In this document: positions 1 through 8,795 of the stretch, piece by piece
Numbering within the stretch: position 1 is the first letter of the stretch
Layout: each line of letters begins with the position of its first letter
IMG/VR virus record: IMGVR_UViG_3300001336_000003
Coordinates: 1-64,000 of that record
Reading direction: 5' to 3' (one strand)
Source: a virus
Taxonomy: Duplodnaviria > Heunggongvirae > Uroviricota > Caudoviricetes
Length of the DNA stretch: 64,000 bases
Position numbers and translations under genes: made by a program
The notes under the pieces: generated by a model
Database searches by the model: none
Seen by the model: the letters and a program-made list of their open reading frames with translations, nothing else
What the model was told of the DNA's origin: nothing

Positions 1-3
1 GAT

Positions 4-198
4 GTGAACAATGCTAAATTGGTTAGAATTTTTTCATCTTCATTGTCTGTCGTTACTGTAACAGATCCAGAAGCCAACACGGTAATTGGTTCTTTCACAA
101 TGCCTGCTAATTCAATCGAATATCTTGAAAAAGAAAAGCATCATACCATTTCTGCAACTGCTGCATTAAAATGTGTTCCTGTTTCTTATAAATCATGA
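4..198 (+). CDS. small ORF immediately upstream of gp21 (position of T4 prohead core genes 67/68); possibly longer, may start before window
   Basis: ORF track; synteny only (precedes gp21-gp22-gp23); no recognisable motif. Confidence 0.3.
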   Translation: MNNAKLVRIFSSSLSVVTVTDPEANTVIGSFTMPANSIEYLEKEKHHTISATAALKCVPVSYKS

Positions 199-202
199 TG
201 CT

Positions 203-210
203 TATAAATA
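203..210 (+). promoter_or_regulatory. T4-type late promoter TATAAATA upstream of gp21
   Basis: exact TATAAATA about 20 nt upstream of RBS/ATG at 229. Confidence 0.6.
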
Positions 211-228
211 AAAATAAAAGAGGGTAAC

Positions 229-996
229 ATGAAACTTATTACAGAAGTATACGATCAGGAATGCAGCGTTTTAACCGAAGCATCTGAAAACGGAAAGAAA
301 AACTATTTCATAGAAGGTGTATTCATGCAAGGCGATATCAAGAATCGCAATGGCAGAATATATCCTTCCGTTGTTCTTGAAAAAGAAATGAAACGATACA
401 ACGATCAGTTCATTAAAACCAAACGTGCTCTTGGCGAACTTGGGCACCCAAATGGCCCACAAATAAATGGTGATCGCGTATCGCACTTGATTACAGAAAT
501 GAGACGCGATGGCTCAAATTTCTATGGTAAAGCAAAAATTCTTGGAACACCTATGGGTGAAATCGTCAAGACGCTTATAGATGAAGGCGTCTATTTTGGT
601 GTTTCAACACGCGGTCTCGGAACTGTAAAAGAAAACAAAGGTATCATGGAAGTTCAAGATGACTTTCATTTGGCTACTGTTGATATTGTTACTGATCCTT
701 CTGGTCCTAATTGCTTTGTCAATGGTATAATGGAAAATACCGAATACTATTTTGACATTGCTGCATCATCTTGGGTTCCGTTCACGGAATCTGTTGCGAT
801 AACAGAAGAATCCCCTAGAGAAAACTTCGTAGAACGTTCTGAATTTGATATTGCTATGAAAAAGCTTGACGAGTTGTATTCTTTCATCAAGGAAACGAAA
901 AACTCTTATAAGCCTAGCAAAAAAGCTTCTGCTTTGGATGAGGCAAAGGCTGTTCAAGTGTTCGAAAAGTTCATTAGCACACTTAATAAGCGATAA
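229..996 (+). CDS. 21: prohead core protease gp21-like
   Basis: 255 aa; position directly before acidic scaffold and gp23 as in T4 (21-22-23); RBS aaaagaggg before ATG. Confidence 0.8.
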   Translation: MKLITEVYDQECSVLTEASENGKKNYFIEGVFMQGDIKNRNGRIYPSVVLEKEMKRYNDQFIKTKRALGELGHPNGPQINGDRVSHLITEMRRDGSNFYGKAKILGTPMGEIVKTLIDEGVYFGVSTRGLGTVKENKGIMEVQDDFHLATVDIVTDPSGPNCFVNGIMENTEYYFDIAASSWVPFTESVAITEESPRENFVERSEFDIAMKKLDELYSFIKETKNSYKPSKKASALDEAKAVQVFEKFISTLNKR

Positions 997-1019
997 TTCG
1001 TTCACGAAAAATCAAGTAT

Positions 1020-1027
1020 TATAAATA
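1020..1027 (+). promoter_or_regulatory. late promoter TATAAATA upstream of gp22
   Basis: exact TATAAATA about 40 nt before ATG at 1070, RBS aaaggag. Confidence 0.6.
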
Positions 1028-1069
1028 AGTTTATGAAAATACCAATATAATCCATAAAAGGAGAATAAA

Positions 1070-2038
1070 ATGAGAAAAGAACTAGATTTAGAATTGGATG
1101 AAGGCAAGATCGTTTCAGACGATGGTGTGTCTGAAGTAGAAGGCCCTGCAACACCTGCTGGTGGCGCTATCAAAAAAGCGAAAGCTGACGTCAAAAAAGC
1201 GGTTCATCCTAAAGCTGAAAAAATCACAGAAGAAGATGACATGGAAGATGACGAAGACGACGAAGATGACATGGAAGAAGCCAAGGGCAAGAAGCATGTA
1301 AAAGAATCTTTCGAGTCTTTGTTCGAGGATATGGATATCAACGAAGAATTCAAGGATAAGCTATCCCTTGTTTTTGAAGCTGCTGTTAATGAAGCTGCAT
1401 CTGATAAGTCTGTTGAGATTCTTGAAGCACTTGAAGAAGAATTCGAAACCAGATTGACCGAATCTGTCAATGAAGCGATGGAAGATATTGTCGAAAATCT
1501 AGACGCATATCTCGACTACGTTGTTGCAGAATGGGTAAAAGAAAATGAAGTCGCAATTGAAAGTGGTATCAAAGTAGAAATGGCCGAATCTTTCATGAAT
1601 GGATTGAAAGAACTTTTCTACGAACACAACGTTGAAATTGACGAAGAAACGATTGATATTGTTTCTGATTTGGAAGAGCAAATCGATGAGTCAGTTGGAA
1701 AAGTAAACACGTTGATCAATGATAATATTGCGCTTGCAGAAGAAGTCAAGGCTTTGAAAGCAGAAAAAGTTTTCGGTGAAGTTTGTGAAGGTTTGACGAC
1801 AACACAAATCGAAAGAATGCGTGTTCTTTCTGAAAAGCTTGACCACGATGACTTGTATTCTTATGAAAGTGATTTGTCAACAATTAAAGAATCTTTCTTC
1901 AAAAAAGCTCGCGCTATCGTTGAAGAAGTTGATGAAGAACAGGAAATCATCACAGAAGAAACAACCAAAAAGCGCGTTTCTGAATATGACTCTGTTAATG
2001 CAATCGTAGCTGCAATCAATGCTAGAAATCTAAGATAA
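1070..2038 (+). CDS. 22: prohead scaffolding core protein gp22-like (highly acidic, coiled-coil)
   Basis: 322 aa, D/E-rich runs (EEDDMEDDEDDEDDMEE), between gp21 and gp23. Confidence 0.8.
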   Translation: MRKELDLELDEGKIVSDDGVSEVEGPATPAGGAIKKAKADVKKAVHPKAEKITEEDDMEDDEDDEDDMEEAKGKKHVKESFESLFEDMDINEEFKDKLSLVFEAAVNEAASDKSVEILEALEEEFETRLTESVNEAMEDIVENLDAYLDYVVAEWVKENEVAIESGIKVEMAESFMNGLKELFYEHNVEIDEETIDIVSDLEEQIDESVGKVNTLINDNIALAEEVKALKAEKVFGEVCEGLTTTQIERMRVLSEKLDHDDLYSYESDLSTIKESFFKKARAIVEEVDEEQEIITEETTKKRVSEYDSVNAIVAAINARNLR

Positions 2039-2054
2039 GCAAAAATTGGTTTTG

Positions 2055-2062
2055 TATAAATA
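2055..2062 (+). promoter_or_regulatory. late promoter TATAAATA upstream of gp23
   Basis: exact TATAAATA; RBS caaggagag before ATG 2099. Confidence 0.6.
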
Positions 2063-2098
2063 AAAGTATTGAAGAACAATAAAACAAGGAGAGACAAA

Positions 2099-3442
2099 AT
2101 GACTCTATCAAATGATCAGTTAATTAAAAAGTGGGGACCACTTTTGGAGCACGGCAATTTTGCTCCAATCGAAAATAACCACAAGAAAGCTGTAACGGCT
2201 ACGATTCTGGAAAACACAGAAATCGCACTCCGTGAAGGCACAACAATGTCACCAAATTCCCTTCTAATGGAAACATCGACCAACGCTGTTGGTCAATGGG
2301 GTGCAGCACCTGGACTTTCTTCTGGTGCAGACGCAGCAGGCCCTGTCGCGGGTTATGACCCTGTTCTAATCAGCTTGGTCCGTCGCGCAATGCCAAACTT
2401 GATTGCATACGATATTGCTGGCGTCCAGCCAATGACTGGTCCTACTGGCCTTATCTTCGCTATGCGTTCAAAGTTTAACAAGATGGCTGGCAACACTTCT
2501 TCGGAAGCTTTCTATCTTGAAGCAGACAGCGCATTCTCTGGTGCTGGTGCACAAACAACTGAGTTGTTCCCTGCATCTGCAAACACAGATGTTGACTTCG
2601 GAACAGGTATGGCAACAGGCGTAGCAGAAACACTTGGAACCACAGGTAACGAATTTGGTGAAATGGCATTCTCGATTGAGAAAGTTGCCGTGGAAGCAAA
2701 AAGCCGCGCATTGAAAGCAGAATACACCACTGAACTTGCACAAGACCTTCGTGCTGTTCATGGTCTTGACGCTGAAACAGAACTTGCTAACATTCTTTCT
2801 AGCGAGATTCTTGTTGAAATCAACCGCGAAGTTATCCGCACAATCTATGCAACTTCTGTCGTAGGTGCTGAAGCAACTGCTGCAAGAGGCGTATTCGACC
2901 TTGATGTTGACGCAAACGGTCGTTGGTCTGTTGAAAAGTTCAAGGGCTTGATGTTCCAAATCGAACAAGAAGCTAACGCAATCGCAAAAGCGACCCGTAG
3001 AGGGAAGGGTAACATCGTTATCTGTTCTTCGGACGTAGCTTCCGCATTGCAAATGGCTGGTGTTCTTGACTACACCCCTGCACTTAACAGCAATAACCTT
3101 CAAGTTGATGACACTGGCAACACTTTTGCTGGTATCCTTAACGGACGCTTCCGCGTTTACATTGACCCATATGCAACAAACAACTACCTAGTTGTTGGTT
3201 ACAAAGGTTCTAGTGCATTTGACGCTGGTTTGTTCTATTGCCCATACGTTCCGCTACAAATGGTCCGTGCAATCGGTGAGAACACCTTCCAGCCAAAAAT
3301 CGGGTTCAAGACACGCTACGGCATGGTCGCAAACCCATTCGCACAAGGTGCAAACGCATTTGCTGGTCCAAACAACCCAAGTGGTCTTACAGCAAATACA
3401 AACGTCTACTACCGTAAGATGCGCGTTAAGAACCTTATGTAA
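2099..3442 (+). CDS. 23: major capsid protein gp23
   Basis: Blocks shared with T4 gp23: VRRAMPNLIAYDIAGVQPM; EAKSRALKAEYTTELAQDLRAVHGLDAE; FKGLMFQIEQEA; GRFRVYIDPYA..YLVVGYKG; FQPKIGFKTRYG. Start moved to MTLSND (2099) by RBS and T4 alignment; ORF track start 2069. Confidence 0.95.
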   Translation: MTLSNDQLIKKWGPLLEHGNFAPIENNHKKAVTATILENTEIALREGTTMSPNSLLMETSTNAVGQWGAAPGLSSGADAAGPVAGYDPVLISLVRRAMPNLIAYDIAGVQPMTGPTGLIFAMRSKFNKMAGNTSSEAFYLEADSAFSGAGAQTTELFPASANTDVDFGTGMATGVAETLGTTGNEFGEMAFSIEKVAVEAKSRALKAEYTTELAQDLRAVHGLDAETELANILSSEILVEINREVIRTIYATSVVGAEATAARGVFDLDVDANGRWSVEKFKGLMFQIEQEANAIAKATRRGKGNIVICSSDVASALQMAGVLDYTPALNSNNLQVDDTGNTFAGILNGRFRVYIDPYATNNYLVVGYKGSSAFDAGLFYCPYVPLQMVRAIGENTFQPKIGFKTRYGMVANPFAQGANAFAGPNNPSGLTANTNVYYRKMRVKNLM

Positions 3443-3480
3443 TTTTTACATAAAAGAATCTGGAAACAACCAGATCGAAC

Positions 3481-3515
3481 TAAAGGCGGGGAAATTTCCC
3501 CGCCTTTTTTATTGT
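3481..3515. terminator. bidirectional rho-independent terminator (GGCGGGGAAATTTCCCCGCC + T-run) between convergent gp23 and endonuclease gene
   Basis: perfect 8-bp GC stem followed by TTTTTTATT on plus strand. Confidence 0.75.
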
Positions 3516-4888
3516 TCCCATATAAATTTTGCGTTGCCACAATCCCATATTCTATCCCAATTATCATCCATCATATTTTCATATTCTGTCTTTAATGGAT
3601 CGTAATTTTCCAATATATCACACAATTTGTGCTTTTGAAACTTCACACGAGAAAATAGCGTAGTGGTATTTTTCTTCCAATACCAGTAATTTGGTTCTGT
3701 CATGCCCACATAGTTAAAACCGCACTTCAAGTATACATTACCATCGCCAAATCTAAGATCAGAAAACGTCACTATACTTTCAGGACGCACTTCTTTTATG
3801 AAGTGATTTATTAATTTTGATACGCCACCTACAACTGTGTATTCACTATGTGAAGTTATCCTTGAACACTCATATTCGTATTTTTTGCTAAAACGGTTTT
3901 TTCCAAAAGAAGCTACCATAAGTAAATCACCACCATTAAAAAGACCATAGTGATGGCTCGCACCAACTGATGAATGTAGATGGTGTTCTTTATGAAACTG
4001 CATAGCTAATCTAGAATCTATTTTAGCTATTTGAGTTTTTCTTGCCCCTATTTTTTTGGTGCTACCTACCAACTTTGAAACTAGATACTTTACTTTTTCC
4101 ATGTCATCTGATTCGAAAACTGTTATTAGTCTATACCCCTTTTCTTTACATTTCAAGTATTTTTGTTTGTGGTAATTTTTTTTCTTTCCGCTTGATGTTT
4201 CTGAATGCCAATATAAACCACAATATTCAATAGCGATTTTCTTGTCTAAGTTAACTATATCCAATTCAAATGGGGCTATTATAGATCTGTCGCACCCTAT
4301 CCACGTGTCGTTTGGAAATTTACCCTTCAAATAATCATAAAGGTCTATTTCTGCTTTGCTACGCCAAGGTGGATTGATAGGTTCTATTTTTATATCATTT
4401 GACAAAAGTTGATTTCTTATATGTGTTTTGGACACGTTAAGCTTTTCGGCTAATGTGATAATAGATTTTGTTCTGTCATATTCTTTGTCAAGAAATTCTT
4501 TAGTGAAATGTATGTCTTGATGTTGCTTTTGCTTCCCCAATTTGGTAGACTCTGAAAGACTTCTAACTTCTATGTTACATTCTTCTATCCATTCGTATAT
4601 AGTAGCTTGGCTCACGCTGAAATATGCAGATAGCGATTCAATTGTAGATTCAGAATATAGCTGTTCGAGTTGTTTTTTATCAGGTTTTATTCTTTTTTTG
4701 TGTCTGGAATTTGCTTCCGTGGAAGCCTGTTTATGACTTTTTCTTTTTATGCTATGGTCTATAAGCCATTTTCTTACGGTTGGGTTAGAAGTATCGTATA
4801 GATTCGCCAAAGAAGAGATTGTCATCCCTTCTTTGGCATAGATACTTTCTAATTCGGATTTTGGTGGTATTGGTATTTTTTTACTCAT
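3509..4888 (-). CDS. free-standing homing-endonuclease-like protein: N-terminal repeated HTH modules + Vsr/DUF559-like PD-(D/E)XK nuclease core (IAIEYCGLYWHSE)
   Basis: 459 aa; three HTH-like segments (ISSLANLYDTSNPTVRKWL, IESLSAYFSVSQATIYEWI, ITLAEKLNVSKTHIRNQL); motif DIVNLDKKIAIEYCGLYWH similar to DFYLPDFNIAVEVNGTFWH of ORF 62430..63227; sits where T4 has segD after gene 23. Confidence 0.55.
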   Translation of the reverse strand: MSKKIPIPPKSELESIYAKEGMTISSLANLYDTSNPTVRKWLIDHSIKRKSHKQASTEANSRHKKRIKPDKKQLEQLYSESTIESLSAYFSVSQATIYEWIEECNIEVRSLSESTKLGKQKQHQDIHFTKEFLDKEYDRTKSIITLAEKLNVSKTHIRNQLLSNDIKIEPINPPWRSKAEIDLYDYLKGKFPNDTWIGCDRSIIAPFELDIVNLDKKIAIEYCGLYWHSETSSGKKKNYHKQKYLKCKEKGYRLITVFESDDMEKVKYLVSKLVGSTKKIGARKTQIAKIDSRLAMQFHKEHHLHSSVGASHHYGLFNGGDLLMVASFGKNRFSKKYEYECSRITSHSEYTVVGGVSKLINHFIKEVRPESIVTFSDLRFGDGNVYLKCGFNYVGMTEPNYWYWKKNTTTLFSRVKFQKHKLCDILENYDPLKTEYENMMDDNWDRIWDCGNAKFIWEQ

Positions 4889-4907
4889 ACCAAGCTAACA
4901 CTCCCCA

Positions 4908-5156
4908 TTACATCATACCCAAAGCCGACATATACATTTCAAGAACTGCTTCTTCTTCTGCAATGTCATCACGATTACGCTTGCGAAGTGCAATCACTTT
5001 TTTCATCACTTTTGTGTCATATCCGCGTCCTTTGGCTTCTGCCATAACTTCTTTTTGTTGGTCTGTAATGTCTTGCTTTTCTGCTTGAAGTCTTTCCCAA
5101 CGTTCGATAAATTGACGAAGTTCATCGGCGGTCACATTGTAAGCATCATCATTCAT
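4908..5156 (-). CDS. GapR-like DUF2312 DNA-binding protein
   Basis: 82 aa; LRQFIERWERLQAEKQDITDQQKEVMAEAKGRGYDTKVMKKVIALRK..AVLEMYMSALGMM matches the DUF2312/GapR family pattern. Confidence 0.65.
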   Translation of the reverse strand: MNDDAYNVTADELRQFIERWERLQAEKQDITDQQKEVMAEAKGRGYDTKVMKKVIALRKRNRDDIAEEEAVLEMYMSALGMM

Positions 5157-5168
5157 TTATTCACTCCT

Positions 5169-5612
5169 TCATTTGTGTAGTTGAAATTTGCCTAGAAGGC
5201 TACCAGATACAAAATCTGTTTCTTTTTGTGGAACGAAAACGTAACCACAAGTGTCTAGTGGGATGTGATGGACAACTTCCCCATCAAGAATAGGATAAGT
5301 TGGATCAAAAACTATTCCAGAAACATACCCCAATTTATCCATGATGTCAATAGTATTTTTAATGTCATTGTATTTTGCTTCAAGGACAAGAACGGTCCCG
5401 AAACCTTGTGGAGTTTCTTTTTCCCAATTGGCAAATCCGTTGATATTTGCCATTATTTGATCTGTACGAACAGGCTTGAAGTTCCATTCTTGGATAAAGC
5501 CTTCCATGTGTTTTACGAATGCATTAGATGCGTGTGAACCTTGTGCAATTGCTTTTCCGCAGTTCATACTATCCATGTCGTTTCTCATTAAAATGTATAG
5601 AACGTCAGTCAT
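5169..5612 (-). CDS. PTH2-family peptidyl-tRNA hydrolase-like protein
   Basis: N-terminal LYILMRNDMDSMNCGKAIAQGSHAS resembles the PTH2 block (vVRtDLkMgkGKiaAQcsHA). Confidence 0.5.
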   Translation of the reverse strand: MTDVLYILMRNDMDSMNCGKAIAQGSHASNAFVKHMEGFIQEWNFKPVRTDQIMANINGFANWEKETPQGFGTVLVLEAKYNDIKNTIDIMDKLGYVSGIVFDPTYPILDGEVVHHIPLDTCGYVFVPQKETDFVSGSLLGKFQLHK

Positions 5613-5615
5613 TTT

Positions 5616-5948
5616 TCATCCTTTGTTTATTGTAGTTGCAAACATTATAGCTACATGCGCCGCCATTATACCAGAAAAGAAAACAAAACCGAGCGTATAC
5701 AAATAGTATGTGGAAATCGCGTATATAGCTGTTATCATGAAAGATAATGCGTTACTTTCATTTTCGTTTCTCGTAATCTTACTTTCTTTACCAGAAAATA
5801 AAAATCCAGCCGCTAGAGTCTGCGCAAAAATCATGAAACCAGCAAGAACTAATAATGGATATATTGCCCAAGATAATGCAAGATGCGTTACCCCAATAAT
5901 TGCAAAAGCTTGTATAGATGCGTTGATTAAAGCAGATGAAGGCTTCAT
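5616..5948 (-). CDS. small membrane protein (3 predicted TM helices)
   Basis: hydrophobic segments; contiguous with neighbours. Confidence 0.4.
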   Translation of the reverse strand: MKPSSALINASIQAFAIIGVTHLALSWAIYPLLVLAGFMIFAQTLAAGFLFSGKESKITRNENESNALSFMITAIYAISTYYLYTLGFVFFSGIMAAHVAIMFATTINKG

Positions 5949-5950
5949 TT

Positions 5951-6301
5951 TTATTCCTCGATTAATTTGTAGGGCTTATCCCACTTACCAACATTTACAC
6001 GCATGTAATAAGCAGTATCGAAATAATCAGTCATGGAATCGCTATTGTCATACCATTCATCGCCTTTCATGGCAGCAAAGATTTTTTCGACAAAAGAACG
6101 CGCATTACCTGAAAAGCTGCTACCGTGGGAATTATGAATTTGTAAATAGTCACGACCAAAATCTATTTCACCTTCTTTCAGAGTCACGATAAGAGACGAA
6201 TAGTTATTAATGGAAATAGTTCCTTTGATACCAAATTCTTTCATAACTGCTTTAATAGCGGGTGCGATCTTTTTCTTCATTTCTTGAGAAATATAGGCCA
6301 T
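5951..6301 (-). CDS. hypothetical protein
   Basis: ORF in tight minus-strand operon. Confidence 0.4.
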   Translation of the reverse strand: MAYISQEMKKKIAPAIKAVMKEFGIKGTISINNYSSLIVTLKEGEIDFGRDYLQIHNSHGSSFSGNARSFVEKIFAAMKGDEWYDNSDSMTDYFDTAYYMRVNVGKWDKPYKLIEE

Positions 6302-6382
6302 AGAAGAAGTTCCTTTCGTTTCTGTCTACAGTTAGAATGTAGTATAGAACGAAGGCCATGTCAATAGGTGTTTTGAAAAAAA

Positions 6383-6685
6383 TTAGTGCATGGTATCAGA
6401 ATAGTTTGGTAGGTTTGACATCATATCGCCCGCATATTGGCCGTATCCTGCTTTGACTATATCGATCACTGAAACGTACTTTTCACCTGTCTTGAAAGAC
6501 GGATACATGTATTTGTGTTCTTTTTCGACGTCCATATATTTTTTGGAGTAATCTACGGCTTCCCTCAATGTATCGAACAAGGGAGCTTTATACGAACCAA
6601 ACTCATCTAACATGCTGAAAAAACCAAGACGGGCATAAGTCCCAAGAAAAATGCCCCTTTCTTCGCAAATGATGATATATTTCAT
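6383..6685 (-). CDS. hypothetical protein
   Basis: ORF track. Confidence 0.35.
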   Translation of the reverse strand: MKYIIICEERGIFLGTYARLGFFSMLDEFGSYKAPLFDTLREAVDYSKKYMDVEKEHKYMYPSFKTGEKYVSVIDIVKAGYGQYAGDMMSNLPNYSDTMH

Positions 6686-6826
6686 TCCATGTTCTTTTCC
6701 AACATTTTTAACAATACGCGAATTTCTTTAGCGCGATTTACGTTGTCAGGATTCTTGGAGTCCATTTCAATTATACTTGCAACTCTGTCTAGACGCTTGA
6801 TTATTTCCATTTGTGCCATTTAAACC

Positions 6827-7486
6827 TCACATGCTTACGTTTTCTCTAATTTTTATGAAATGTGGTAGATAGATTTTAGATCTTTCTATATACACTTGTG
6901 GTTCGTCGTCGTCAACTGTTATTACAGTTACTATTTGTGGTATTGGTTTTCCAGTCCTCTCAAAGAACATATACGCATATGCTGATTCTTGGCACATGTA
7001 GTGGAAAACTTGTTCTTTACTTTTCTGTTTTTTACTGGTCTTGAAATCCACAATCGACCAAACACCATCCCATTGTGCTATACAATCGACACGCCCCGCG
7101 ACTTTAAGAAAATCTGAATATAACGGAACTTCTAGTCTTTCTATGTCGCCTATGTGTTTATCAAGCAAGTGCTTAATGTTGTTGAAGCTTTCAATATCGA
7201 AAGGGTTTTTACCATACTTGTATTGCGGATTATTACTAAGATATTGTTCAATAATTTCGTGAACAGATTCGCCTCTAATTGTAGCTTTTTTGGATACACG
7301 TTCTGCTTCTTCTTTACCTACACGCTTTATCCATTCTTCTTTCCATGACTGATCTGTTCCTTTAGATATGACAGTCGTGACAGATGGATATCGGTTCCCT
7401 TCTGGCGTTACATAATATCTACCAAGTTCAGTAGTCGTGACTCCCATTTCGGGAAAAACAAAGTTGTTAACATGATTAAATTGCAT
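6827..7486 (-). CDS. PD-(D/E)XK (RecB/Cas4-like) nuclease-fold protein
   Basis: motif GRVDCIAQWDGVWSIVDFKTSKK (D..D/E.K signature) in C-terminal half. Confidence 0.45.
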   Translation of the reverse strand: MQFNHVNNFVFPEMGVTTTELGRYYVTPEGNRYPSVTTVISKGTDQSWKEEWIKRVGKEEAERVSKKATIRGESVHEIIEQYLSNNPQYKYGKNPFDIESFNNIKHLLDKHIGDIERLEVPLYSDFLKVAGRVDCIAQWDGVWSIVDFKTSKKQKSKEQVFHYMCQESAYAYMFFERTGKPIPQIVTVITVDDDEPQVYIERSKIYLPHFIKIRENVSM

Positions 7487-7487
7487 A

Positions 7488-7964
7488 TCATTCCTCTATA
7501 TCTTCTACTACAACGCGGTCAAAGATTAAATCGAACTTAGGTTTGGTAAGGGCATCCAAATCAATTTGCTGTCTCGCATATGAAAGTGAAATGTGTGGAT
7601 TGAACGAAGGCCATTCCTCCACGATTCCATATCCCGAAAAGAATTCGCGTAATTGACTCATGACGCCAACATTTTCTATTTTCATTACTGGAATATCATT
7701 TTCATATCCTAGAAAATCAAATCCTGCAAAGAATGCTTTGCTAGACAATAACTTAGAAACCCTATTGGTCATGTAAATAGGATTTAGACTATAGTATATA
7801 GTAGTGTGAAATTCAAAATCTTCCACGTCTTGCGATGCGCCGCTATATTTTGTCGCCAAGTCTAAATTGTTAGAAATAGCCCATTTTCTAAGGGCTTTTT
7901 GGGTGCTATCATCATAAATCACTGAAACATACTTACGGGTATAGGACATATTATGCACCCACAA
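7488..7964 (-). CDS. 2H phosphoesterase superfamily protein (LigT / Acb1-like candidate)
   Basis: two H-x-T/S-x motifs (FHTTIYYS and PHISLSYA) with typical spacing in 158 aa. Confidence 0.55.
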   Translation of the reverse strand: MWVHNMSYTRKYVSVIYDDSTQKALRKWAISNNLDLATKYSGASQDVEDFEFHTTIYYSLNPIYMTNRVSKLLSSKAFFAGFDFLGYENDIPVMKIENVGVMSQLREFFSGYGIVEEWPSFNPHISLSYARQQIDLDALTKPKFDLIFDRVVVEDIEE

Positions 7965-8256
7965 AAATATTAGACGAACCAGAAATTATTGCACCTGCAT
8001 CTGCCGAATCGCCTATTCTGGCAACTGGAATACCTGCTATGGTTACTTTTGACGAACCGCCATTTATGACTGCGCCGTGGGGGACACAGGATCTACCAAC
8101 TTTAATAGTGTGAACTTGTATTGCGTCACCTTGAACCGCTACTGGATTGCCGTTTACAGTAACCTTGCTTTGTAAAGAACCTTGTATGGTGGCAACAGAA
8201 GTGCATGGGTGCCCTGTTGCTATTTTATCAACTGTGCATACCGCTAATGCTGGCAT
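7951..8256 (-). CDS. 5.4: PAAR-repeat tail spike tip protein gp5.4-like
   Basis: 101 aa, Gly/Val-rich beta repeats (GHPCTSVAT, GDAIQVHT, GDSADAGAIISGSSNIFVG) typical of PAAR/gp5.4. Confidence 0.7.
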   Translation of the reverse strand: MPALAVCTVDKIATGHPCTSVATIQGSLQSKVTVNGNPVAVQGDAIQVHTIKVGRSCVPHGAVINGGSSKVTIAGIPVARIGDSADAGAIISGSSNIFVGA

Positions 8257-8795
8257 TAATATTTACTCCTTTGAACAAAATCTACTAAGTTATTTAGACC
8301 GAGTGTCTGTAACCAATGCAATTCTTGAGTATAGTCTTTATTTGTAGTCTGTTCAATCATCAACATATCATCAAAGTATTTTATGTTAAACTGTAGCGTA
8401 TTTGTCACTACTTCTATAGAAGGCGTATTCCAAAGAAAAACTGTTGATTCAGAATCAAAATTTTCAGCTTCTTGGGGTAATAATCTTTCTTCTATCTTGT
8501 CTTGGAAGTCATTTTCGAATCTTACAAAATCGTAGTATTCGTTAGGAAATGTGTTATTATTTGGGTTGCGTTCTATCCTTACACTGTTTGGTGATATGAC
8601 TTCAACGGTGTAAGGTGAAGGGACCGTAGATGCACTTACTTCAACTACGGTCCCTTCTGATACTGAAAAAGTTACAGTAAATCCGAAATCGACATTACCC
8701 CATATATTTGGAAACATGGTTTCTGGATCTTCAAAACCGATCCCAACTTCTGTAAAATTTGTCGTATTGGATATACTGTAACTTACTTGATTCAT
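8256..8795 (-). CDS. hypothetical protein (possibly virion-associated, adjacent to 5.4)
   Basis: ORF; context only. Confidence 0.35.
   Translation of the reverse strand: MNQVSYSISNTTNFTEVGIGFEDPETMFPNIWGNVDFGFTVTFSVSEGTVVEVSASTVPSPYTVEVISPNSVRIERNPNNNTFPNEYYDFVRFENDFQDKIEERLLPQEAENFDSESTVFLWNTPSIEVVTNTLQFNIKYFDDMLMIEQTTNKDYTQELHWLQTLGLNNLVDFVQRSKY

Noticed and set aside
2468-3103. Minus-strand ORFs nested inside gp23
   Set aside because: They lie opposite a confidently identified conserved gene and have Cys-rich low-complexity composition.
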